Below are positions 37,301 to 48,721 of a DNA stretch of 64,000 nucleotides, in pieces; the stretch's first letter is position 1; every line of letters begins with the position of its first letter. A model generated the notes under the pieces. The model did no database searches. It was not told the DNA's origin and saw only the letters and a list, made by a program, of their open reading frames with translations. Origin of the DNA: Oculina patagonica (lineage: Eukaryota); assembly GCF_052425735.1 (NCBI RefSeq), contig NC_135764.1:16988001-17052000 (forward strand), read 5' to 3'. The translations under genes were made by a program, and so were the position numbers.

Positions 37301-40300
37301 CGGTAAAAATCTTAAAATATCACACCAACCTTTAAAAAAAAAAAAAAATTTAATTAGTAGTTAGTAGTCCCCTCTACTAACTATGTAATATTTGAGCTGC
37401 TGAACCTTTGTAGTGTACTTCAACTTTCAACATCCGGTATGCACCACTACATGGCCATTTTGATTTCTCCCTACTTGTAGTTTCAAATAAAAGAAGTTAG
37501 CAAATAAATTATATAAGTGTCCCTGAACTGAAGTTACCGGTAAGCTAAAAACTCACCAGCTGTTCTGCCACTGTTTGAGAAAGTTTCTGCTCTGCTGGTA
37601 TGTCAGGGAGATAAGCCACCTGTGTAACAACAACTTTATGATTATCGTGGTCATAAACTTATCTTTGAGCTAGCTAGTCTCCTGGCACGCCACTCACACA
37701 GATGAAACAAATATTACAAGTGAACACAACATGGTTAAAAGTCCCAACTTCCCAACTGGCAGGAGGCAGTCCAGTTGATTATTTACAAAACATGTTAGAG
37801 AAGTTGAACTCAAAACTTTTGTGAACAAATCCAGCTAGTGGCAGGGTGAGGCGCTTGAGCCTGGAACCTCTGGGATCACTCGGTCCCAATGGTTATTTAC
37901 ACATACTATTTAACTGATTACTTTTTAATTCGGTACTTTGTGAATAAAAATGACTTTGATCGCGGACTGGAAGATTCTTGCATGGCAAATGGGAGGGCTG
38001 TCTCATTTATATGATGTTCGAAGCTCCACTGCTAAAAGGTTTGCGTATGGAATAAAAATTTACAGTTGATTCAGAGGCGAGGAGGGGAAGAGGGGGAGGG
38101 GAGACGGCGGGACGAAGGGACCAGGGCCCGCCAGGCAGAGAGGGGGAAGGGAGAGGGACGCGACGAGGGGGAGGGAGAAGAAGAAGAAGGGGGCCTGACC
38201 GGGGCGCCGCACAGCCGTGAGGGAGAAGGAGGAGAGGCAGCACGGCACGGGAAAGGACGCAGACGAGAGAGAGAGACGAGGCGAGAGGAGGGAGGGGCGC
38301 GGGGCGGGCACGGGAGGGGACACAGGAGTGGACCAACACAAGTGAAAGCCAACACAACTGGAACAGAGCGTGGCCCGAGGACAACTAGTATTAGGAGTGT
38401 AATGTTGTGACCCTATGCATGGCACAAACTGGTTAGTGGGTTGGACTTTGGATCAAGTGACTCGGGTTCAAGCTCTGGCCGAGTTTTTTGTTGTGTTTCT
38501 GGGCAAGACACTTTATTCTCTTATAAACTTCTATCTGAATGCAATTTAGTCAATTCCAACATTTGGGTCTTTGACCTAAAAAGGTGGACTTTTACGGTGG
38601 TAATTCAAATTACACCAACGTAGTGATTTCTAATTTACCTGTTGAATACTTACCACTTGTTCTCTTTTATGGAGCTGTTCATGCAGCTTCTCTATGAATA
38701 CTGGAAAGTGTGTTCCAACAGCCACTACTACATGCACTTGCTTTTCTGTTGATAACGCAATATTTCTTGTAAAGGCTATTTAATGTGTCAAGGAACTCAA
38801 CAAAAGAAATGACAGCCGTCATCATACCACTGTCATACACACATGATATGTAATCGAACGCATTTAACCACAGACCAAAGAAGCGGAAACTACATTGACA
38901 ATAAAACTCCAAAGCCTTAAGGGCGGGAGGGTATTTGGGTAAACGAAAGCTGTTAACCGCGAACTAAGAGCAAATTACTGACATGACGTGACAAACCTCG
39001 CACTAAATAATCGATAGTTATCACGCATCAATTATCCATCATCACCCAGGTGATGATGTAACCAATGTTGTTCCGAATGTTATCATAATGGTAATATTGA
39101 TGGTAAATGTATTTCTCCGTCTTTAAGTCTTGACTTTACATAAAACTGTGATAACAAGCAACTCACTGTTAAACGACGTACCTCTTAAAACTCCTTCAAC
39201 AGAATACAAATCTTTCTTGTATGTAACCTAAAGAAAGTTAGGTAACGTAACATAATATATATTCAGTAGATTCATGTTATTAACAAGAAAGTCTGAGTCA
39301 AAATCCAAGCAAGTGTGAAAGATCACTATCAAAACCACCAGCAGATTTACCAACTAATGGCTTCGTGGTACTCCCTTATGTTCAAGGCATTTCCGAAAAG
39401 ATTGGCCGCATTTTGAGACAACAAGAGATCAAAGTCGCCTACAAACCGCTAAAAACTGTGAGCAGTTTGTTTCCGCGCCCAAAGGCTCAAAATGATGTTG
39501 ACCGCCCAAGATCTGGCGTAGTTTACAAAATCAATTGCACCAACAATTTTGTATACTACGGTCAAACGGAGCGACCATTAAAGACCCGGATTGCGGAACA
39601 CAAACGGGCAGTGGCCATGTTCGACCATGACTCTTGAAAAGATCTCCTGTCATGTACATGACAATAATCACCACATGGATTTCAATGCCGTCAATGTAGT
39701 TGGACATGAGCCAAATTACCACAAGCGACTCTTTTTGGAAGCCTGGTTGTCCATTAAGGATCCGCACTCTGGGAACGACCATGCTGTCATGCCAGAGGTT
39801 TACAAGTCCTTGTCACGCGCATAAGTTTCGCGCCACGTTTTCTTTTGTTTCAAACTTTTACACGTTATGTTTTAAAGCGCGCGCTAACGTGCTGCTATTT
39901 TAAATCGCGTGTGAAAGCTTTGATTTTTTAACTGATGAAGGCGTAAGCAATAGCCGAAACGTCTTGGGAAATAACATCAAAAACACAGTCAGCGACAAAC
40001 CTTCAACAAACTATGTCTTCCCCTGACTACAATTACACTATTTTCAAATCCAAGCAAAACATTGGTGGTAAAATGGTGTGATACCAAGCACAGGCCACAC
40101 CACGCCTACACTGAGAGGACTTGTGCTCTAAGCTGATGCAAACACCTACATGCTTTCACTTAAATGTTTTACTATAATAAACACAACAACGCTTTTCAGT
40201 TTTCGGAACAAACAAGTTGAGCATGTCAATTTATTTCAGCTTAGCGGTTTTTCACTATTGTTCTTTTCTAAATTTTTATTGGTTAGTTTAATTAAGTTTG

Positions 40301-43300
40301 CATTTTACGTTAATTTGAATTTATAAAGGCTCATTGTATAGGCTGTTACATATATAATAACGATCATTCTGTAAACCTTATATATGCATTATGGCTGATG
40401 ATGATGTTTGAAACATCGAAACATGTTCCAAAAAAATGAAAAGCGTTGTTGTGTTTTTAAAAATACTTACAACACTTGTGGTATGGTACGGATATTTTCT
40501 GGAATCGCCCATTCTTTTAAAAAACTCATTAATAATTCATAAAGAAAATACAAAAGAAATTAATGTTTAATGAGTGTCTTTATATCTGATAAAGACACGG
40601 CTAAACTTTACGTCCAATTTCCTAGGCCAAAATAGCCCCAAATCTAAATATTAGTGCAAGAATGAGTTGATCTACATCAGAAGATTTTTAAGCCGTTCAA
40701 TAAATTCGAAGTTCGTGTTTTATCAAGTCTAAAACACTTGGCTGCGCCTCATGTTTTAAACTTGATAAAACACTGCTGCTCAGTTATAAAACATTACATA
40801 AAGAGTCACTAACTGGTCCTAATACTGCATAAACACAACAGATGACCAAAGAGGAATTAATTGGAAACTGAGAACTCTGTTTAACTAAATCTTGCATAAA
40901 AGCTAGAACTGCAAGAACACTAATAACAGTTGAGGTTACTTCCCTATGTAATTTCTTTTCTTATAAATCAAATAGGTTTCTAAAAGGTGTTACATGTAGC
41001 ACCTATATACATGTACCAACCTTCCAGAGAGAATCCGGTCCATCAATTAATGCTGCACGTGTTGCAGCATACTTTTGAGCTAAGTGAAGACATTCTGTGC
41101 CATGTTCAAAGTCATATTCTGTACACTGAAAATTAAAATCACAACGAAATTACATAAGCTACATAGTGAAAAGCTTGTGTGAATATAATTATATGGCAAG
41201 TGTAGTCCACTTTTACTTCAGTGTTGAATATAAGATGTTTCTTATTTTACTGAAATTGTTATTTTGTTTGTTGTAGGTTTAATATTATTTTATTGTTAAT
41301 ATTTACTCTTTGTTTTTTTTCCTTTCTTTCTTTGCTTTTCTTGGTTCCTCAACTGTTACTCAAATTAAACTTATTTTTGCACATGAGGGTCAACTGGAAA
41401 ACCTAACGGTTCACTATGATACTATAAAAAAACGTATATAATTGTAAACATCAAAAAAGGTTGTGATTTCTAAATATGTTAACAAGTTGTGAGGAAACTA
41501 AAGTTGAAGTGAAAGATAAATAAAAATTATAGCTAACATGGGGCTACACGCCTCATTCATGGCTATCAATCCAATCAAGACAATGATAAAATAATCAGTC
41601 AGATTTATGCTGACCAGCATCAGCTCACATCACTTGTAAATTATATAAAACTAAAGGACACAATTCTCTTGATTATACCTATACTTCTGAACATCACAAA
41701 TTGAAACAAAGCATCAGATTTAATCAACAAAACGACCCAACATTGTGCAAAATTATCTTAATTTCAAAATCATCTTTCTCTCAAATAATAACTTTCAACT
41801 CACCTCTTTGAAGGCTTTTTCAATGACTTCATACTGAAAAGCTTGTGGCATTTCACTTGATCTGAACTTTGATCTGTACACCAAGGATATAATGAAAAGG
41901 TCAGCAACTACATACCATTAACCTGGCAGTCATAACATGTCAAAAAAACATCTTTTATTGCATTCTTATTCTCATTCCCTTACATACACTGTACATCTGT
42001 GCACTGGCTCTGAGTTGTTCATTTTTTTAACTTGATTTTCAACACATAATTTAAAACACCAAATCAGGGACACACTACAGATTTCTGTAGTGCTTAGTAC
42101 ATCATGAGCATGGATTTTGGAGACTTGAAAATCCCTCCAGATTACTCCCACAAAATTTACAACATCACCCACTCATTTTGATGGAGCACTGATCCTAGAG
42201 TGTTTTATTATTAGCAGCAGCCATTTTGTCACCTTTACGGTCCAATGATTGTCTTTTGTGTCGATGATACTTTCGATCATGTTATTTGCATTTTTTTCAA
42301 AAAGTAACATAACCAAGCAACAAACCAGTTCCTGCAATCTGATTGGTTGCAATTAAGGAAGAGTATACTGACATTATATTACCTGTCAAGTGAATGATCC
42401 AAGAATCCGTCACATGACTGTGCTACAACTGTTGACGACAGTGGTCTAATGACTCCAACTGCCTAAAAAACAAACCAGCATGGAGTTTGAGGTGACTTGT
42501 CTGTAACACAGTGTTACAAAGGGTTGGGTAGCAGCACATGGAAGGCTTCATATCAATGACTTGCTACCCTTCCAAAGAACAATAGATCTATATAAAACAA
42601 CAGCAACAATGCCCCTAGCCCCTAAAACAATAGTAACTGACACACTAGAACAAGAGCTGGTACACTACTGGTTACAAACTGTTACTAACCCCATGTTTCT
42701 TAGCAGCTATAGTCACACTCCATAATGTTTGTTCATCTACAAAAGGCCGAACTGCATCATGAAGTATTACCTACAGTGAAACAAAAACAATACCTTGTAC
42801 TTCACTCAAGGACTCTCATAAGGATCTGACTAGTAGTTTAAAGTGAGTTAAATGAACAGTCAATGACAGCTTATATTATTCTTTGATTAATTTACCTCTA
42901 AAACAGTTTGATAGCACAACTAACTGATTGGAAATAACTGGTGGGTGTAACATGTTTTGACAGTCAATTAGATATTTAAGAAATTCATTACAATTTTAAG
43001 AGCAACTGAGTAGCATCTTTTTCACAGCCAACTATTTTGCCTAGTGCCTTGCCTCTAATGAAAAGACTCCTAGCCTCTTTCTAGTTACATTAACATGCAT
43101 TCTATACATTTTTGGCTAGCGTCCTCTCTTATTTGGGTTCCATGCCTCAATATGAGCACAGCCCATGTTAAGAACAGTGTACAGCACTGGACATGTGCTG
43201 AATGTTACCAGCTGAGAGCGAGCAGCAGATCAAAGAGGGAGCAAAGGGGGTGTTGTGATCCCATTTCACACACAATTTTTAACCAAATTCACGCGTCACG

Positions 43301-46300
43301 TATACTTGAAACAGCAGCATTCACAAATCACGTGTCTTTTCTAGCTATTTCCATGTGTCACGGTCTAATTTTTCCCCTGTTTTCACGCATCACAGACTAA
43401 TTTTTGCCCTTTTCACGTGTCACACATAAACCTTTGCTCACCCTCTTCAAAAAGCATATTAATAGGCATGATACTCTAATTCATCATAAAAGCATTCTAT
43501 AGAGTAACTCAGTAGTAAGCCAAGGCATTTAGAGTGCAGTTATTACCATTTAAACTTACTACTGTGGGTGGACTTCTCCCATCTGCGGTTAGAGATTGAA
43601 TGCCATTCCATATTGACCTGTGTCTAAGATACCAACAAACTCAGTAAAAAATATATAATAACATTGAATATGTTGTCTACCAGCCTACAGGACTCAGTGC
43701 ACATAACTCTTAGTTTATATAGCACAAAGTGACTGCAAGTACCTGGCATGTTCATGCACACACTTTCATTAATAATAAAAAATCGTGATTGGTGAGAGAA
43801 GGACAAGAAGAGATGCGACCGGACTGTCACGCACGCCCAGGCCCCCGCGACACGACACGCCCCCGCCGCACGGGGATGAAGAGCGCCCCCCGACAGGCGC
43901 AGAGACGGCCGCAACGGAGACCACGGCGCCGGAACCCGAGCGCGCGAAGAGCACCGCAACACGCAACGCGAGGAAGCAGACCAGACGGGGGACGGAGAGA
44001 CGAGAGAAGGGACCGGAGAAGAGACAGGCCAGGGGGGACGGCGGCCCCACCCCCACCCCCCCGGATGAGGTGAGACAGCGGCCGAGGGGAGCCGACACCC
44101 ACCCACAGGCATTCTGCACTAAAAAGGAAGTTTGATTTTTTTTGTCACACTGACGGTTTTAATTCCGCTCTTTGAGCTTTCCTTTTTGCCATACGACAAT
44201 TTCAAATGCGTTTTTCCAGGGTTTAGTTTTACAAAAAAAGATGGCAAAACTAGGAATTATTTACGCAACAGAGGCACTTCTACAAAATGTGACTAAGATC
44301 GGTAGCCTCCGTTTACTCATCTTCGATATTTTTAACTATAAACCCTGTAAACCATGCTGAATTACGTGCGCCAATGTTTCAAAATCAGGGTAGTTTTCCA
44401 CACGCTTTTTTCTCTAAAACGAAGTCGGTGACCCCAACTTTTCTTGCATTTCTAACATAAGTAACTCATTATCTTACCACAACACAAAAATTAAAGAAAT
44501 CTATCGAGTAGAAAATTTTGGCACGAACGTCCTTGGAGCTTGCAGCATCACAAACAGAGCATCCAAAAAATGGCCATTTTTTAAAGTTAAGTCTTAATCT
44601 TCCTAAGGTGTATTGAAAAAGAACTTAGTGTTGTGGCACAGCTTGGTGAAAATTAATGATTAGAATCAATTTGATGCTGTAACTCACAATGGCTATCTGA
44701 ATTAAATTACACTCAATTCAAACAGATTTCAAACTGACCTTGTTGATCCTCCACAAACAAGTCTGACTTTGTGGTGAGAAAATTCACTCAAAATCTGTAG
44801 ATCAGTGAAATCAAGGACATCATTGAATTTACTGCATACAATTGAAATAACAGAATACAACAAGCTGTATCCTTAAGATGCTAAATATGATATTTGCTTT
44901 TGATGACCCTAATGCCAAAGGCAAAAATTATGTCCCTAAAATTAAATTGTATGGAAAACATTTTTTTTAAAACAGTGAATCAGCTGAAATATACCAGAAG
45001 TGAACATCTTAAAACTATCTGAAAGTAGCTACCACCTGAAAATTACAACCCTCCAAAAGAAGCAACAGGAAAAGGCTGCTAAATCCCAAAGTAATGAGGC
45101 TTGTTACTTTCAGATGGTATATAATTTACAGGTTATATAATAACGTGTATTACCTGCTGTGCAACCTCCAAGTAGTTTTTACTGATGGGGACAACAATTT
45201 CTTTAATCCATGAAACACTGTAAAAATACCAAGATTTACATCATAAAAGCTTAAAAGGAAAAGAAAAGTGCCTCTGTTCACTCATATTATATATTATTAG
45301 ATATTTAAAGTACCACTGAATAATAATTCTTGTTTACAAGTCTTCAATGGAACTCATCAAAATACCAAAGATGAGTAAGAAAATGTACTTTTCATTTATT
45401 AGATTTAGCCAAGCGTAAATTTAAGCGGAGCTCCCCGGGTTTTTACTTTACCCTTAATCCAAATCTGAATTTACTGACCACAGACGGAAAAATGGAAACC
45501 ACTACCTGGTCAGTGGTAAACTTTACAGTTCTACACCTGAGCCCACAATACGGTCATGTGATACTGGTCGGCCGATACCAGCTTGTGTTGACAGCTGGTT
45601 AGAGCACTCATGCTCTAATCATATAATAAAGTTATATTACTCACTACTAAAAAATGCAATTTCATTGTTTTTCTTTCCTGAATTAACTAGACTTTAAAGA
45701 ATTGAACTAATTTTGCAGTGTGCATATATAGTCAGGAGATCCAAGAGGACTACAATTACATGTAACCTGTGTAACTAGTATAACACAGTTAAGATGGTTA
45801 ATGACAGCATTACATTCATTCATTAAGCAACAACTTTGAAAGGGGGAGGGGCATCAGAATAAAAGTTACAGTAGTTGAGGCGATTTTTGGGGAGTAGCCC
45901 AGCAATTTGCATTTGGTTTTTACAGTCATTACGTTATTTATTACAGTGTTATTTTTATTCAACTACATGTAAGTGGAATTGGATAATTAGTTAATTAATT
46001 AATTAATTAATTGGATAATTAATCGGATTATTAATGTATATCACAAACATCTATACCACAGCATAGAAATTACCTTTCAAATGCTTCTAAGGTGTAACTG
46101 ATCAATGGTCTTTCCATAATTTGACAAAACTATTAAAAACAGATAAAAATGCTTGACCATGCTTTGCAACAAAATAGCAAGAACACAGCACAGACATTTG
46201 ACATACTCAATTTCAACTTGGATGCACAATGGAACAATATACCAATGAGTACATGTACATGCGCATGTATAATCATAGATAGATGAATTGCAATTCTATG

Positions 46301-47761
46301 TTTCTCTCCATAATAAAAGCAGATTGTCAGATTTCGCCAATAGATTTTACCCATTTATACTTCTGGGAAGCCAGATAGAGGCACTGTGAGAGTTTCCTGT
46401 TTTGCCCAATAGGACAACACAATGACCGCGGCTAGCACTCAAACCTGGGCCACTTGACCAGAGTCCATCACGATTTTGCACACAAATAAATGTTACAAAT
46501 TTTGAATTTAAAAAAAAACATGCATGCATGGCTGCTTTATCAGCATAATTTTGCAGGTTGCCCTGTCGAAGCATAAAAGCATACGTGACAATGCCTATAA
46601 ATTCATTCTTGGCCTCAGAATTAAGTTGACTACGGTAATAATAATTTCTTGTCACAAGGTCTGAAGAAATAAAAACATAGCTTTTGACTGCATCTCACAG
46701 TCTTCATCAGCAAAGTGAGCTCCACATTGTCACGTGATTGCATATTGTGAAATACAATCAGAAGCCATGTTTTAAATTCATTCAGACCTTGTGATAAGAA
46801 TTTATTATTAGTTATTATGGGTAGCGGTTCACCACTGTTTGTTGGAAACAGGGCTCCCTGGTTTGAAGTAAGTTCACTGGCAGTGTTTCAGGGCAGGCCA
46901 TGGAAACATTGTAGAGCATTTTTAATTCCAAATACATGGGGGTATAGAGCATTCTGGAATTTCCAAAAGCAAGCAGGGAATAAATTATTAACACCAGTCT
47001 GTGGTAGGGTACGGGTATTTACCGGTAGATATGATCATATATACCCGGGTATTTGCCTCTGAATTCACAAAGTACCGTACCATTCCTCCGACAAGAAAAT
47101 CACAAAGCCTTTGCCATTATAGGAGAATTGATCAGATCTTATATACACCATTTTAATAAGTCGAGACACCATTTTGAATATTTAACTTTCCGCGAATGAC
47201 GTTGTTAATGAAATATTCATCTGCGCCTCGACGTATTAAAATGAAGTATCTACCATTGTAATGAGCCAAGGAGTCATTTTGAATATTTTATTAATGATGT
47301 CATTTGTGGAAAAAAAAAAATTCAAAATGGCCCCTCGACTTATTAAAAGGGTGTATAAGGGTACCAAGGTGGGGATTCAAAAATGCATAGGAAAAGGCAA
47401 AAGTTTCACATATTTCACTACCCCCCCCCCCCTCCCTCAGGATAACATGATAGATGCATGTATAACTTCTATGTGAAATAGTGGCTTTATCTTTATGTGC
47501 CCTCAAAGCACAGCTGAAAGGTTGCGTTGAGGAAACTCTCTTAAATATAGTATTATTGAACTACAGTAGCTGTCAGTGGCAATATATTATATGTATTACG
47601 GTAGTTTGACATCTGTGACAAATTGGGTAGTTTTTCAAGGATTGTAGATTTTGTACCTGTTTAGGAAGTTGAATATTCATTCTGACGCCTGATCCTCCCG
47701 CTGGTAAAACAGCCACAACATCAAAACACAACTCACAATCCTCCGCCACCGCCGCCGCCAT
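34391..47761 (-). CDS. CRPPA: D-ribitol-5-phosphate cytidylyltransferase (ISPD/CRPPA), 16 exons
   Basis: Exons spell [19 protein letters not shown] (47761-47657), [14 protein letters not shown] (~46100), [12 protein letters not shown] (~44750, ~43600), [10 protein letters not shown] (~42750), SEMPQAF (~41850), [18 protein letters not shown] (~41070, ~39200). C-terminal domain exons lie at ~38700, 37590, 37030, 36550, 34650 and 34501-34391, ending [12 protein letters not shown]. Confidence 0.93.
37720..37880 (-). mobile_element. tRNA-derived SINE remnant
   Basis: Minus-strand B-box-like GGTTCCAGGCTCAAGCGCC followed by a body (CCCAACTGGCAGGAGGCAG..CCAGTTG on +) that I recall as a common anthozoan SINE. 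Confidence 0.45.
38418..38522 (+). mobile_element. tRNA-derived SINE remnant
   Basis: A-box-like TGG..TGGTTAG and B-box GGTTCAAGC, then TTGTGTTTCTGGGCAAGACACTTTA; a related copy is on the minus strand at 46345-46470. Confidence 0.6.
39313..40045 (+). mobile_element. 5'-truncated Penelope-like retroelement (GIY-YIG region, frameshifted) with 12-bp target-site duplication
   Basis: [40 protein letters not shown] and KRLFLEAW; frameshift near 39635; AAATCCAAGCAA at 39301-39312 and 40046-40057. Confidence 0.9.
39924..39971 (+). ncRNA. Minimal hammerhead ribozyme motif in the Penelope 3' region
   Basis: CTGATGA (39932-39938), stem II GGC...GCC, GAAAC, GTC cleavage triplet; palindromic stem III ACGT; weak, GU-rich stem I. 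Confidence 0.7.
40179..40456. mobile_element. Small non-coding Penelope-derived element with inverted ends and a hammerhead core
   Basis: Perfect 20-bp inverted repeat AAACACAACAACGCTTTTCA (40179-40198) / TGAAAAGCGTTGTTGTGTTT (40437-40456). Confidence 0.65.
40391..40430 (+). ncRNA. Minimal hammerhead ribozyme motif
   Basis: TGG-CTGATGA-T-GATGTTTGAAACATC-GAAAC-AT-GTT-CCA: stem I TGG/CCA, stem II GATGTT/AACATC, palindromic stem III ACATGT. Confidence 0.7.
46345..46470 (-). mobile_element. tRNA-derived SINE remnant
   Basis: Reverse complement reads GGTTTGAGTGCTAGCCGCGGTCATTGTGTTGTCCTATTGGGCAAAACAGG..CTCTCACAGTGCCTCT..GTATAAATGGGTA, the same family as 38418-38522. Confidence 0.6.
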
Positions 47762-48721
47762 CTTCTTTTGGAATTCTCGCCTCATTCCCCTAACGGTCAA
47801 AACGAGAAGTGTGGATCGGATCCCAAGTTATTTAATTTTTTCCCAACACAATACCACCCTTCATCCGGTTTTGGTTTGGAATATCACCACGAAATGTGAA
47901 GAGTTGTGAAAGTCAACTGAACTGCATTGGGTTTTATTATTATTGTATTTTGGCCGATGGCTGATTTTTTGACTTTTTTGACACAGATGTTGACAGATGA
48001 AAATCTTTCAGGTTAAACGATCATACTTCTAAAGTATTAGGATGATAGTAGCAGTCACGAGCTATGTAGTATTAAACCTTGTGAAAGTTTAAATATAAAT
48101 TTCCTATTTTTGCGGTTTGTTTTGTGCAAGAGTTATGTGGTTGTTCAGATCATGGTGGTGTACTTCAAATTCGATATACGCACTCAGTGAGCCCGACATC
48201 AATAAGAATATTTTTCTTGAACGTTTAAAAGAGCAGCCGCGATACAGATTTTACAATGTAACAACAAAACTGCTACTTTAAACTGTCATGCTTATTTTTG
48301 TGACGACTATTTCAACTACAAATATCACTTGCTGCAGAACAGTGAACTGAAGCTACACACCTATATTTAGCCAAAGTGTTGAAAGAAAAACTGTTCAATG
48401 AACATGCAAGAACTTCTCTGTTTATGAACCATGCAAGAACTTCTCTTGTTTTATATTGGTAAAACCAATATCGGTTATACTGAATAAGACAAAATATATG
48501 ATAAAGAGTTTTCATAAGCAGCCGGCTGTCACAGCGGATATACGGTTGAGATGGTCCGCCTGTTGCTGCCTGTTGGTTTGTTATTTTAATGTTAATTACC
48601 GTAGAGGGCTGGGGCAAAAATAGAACAAATGAAAGGATCAATTTGCATTTTTGATTGCACTGTATGCCTGACATTCAAGCGGCTAGTCTTTAAAAGTGGG
48701 AAAGAGCTCTGAAAAGCAGCA

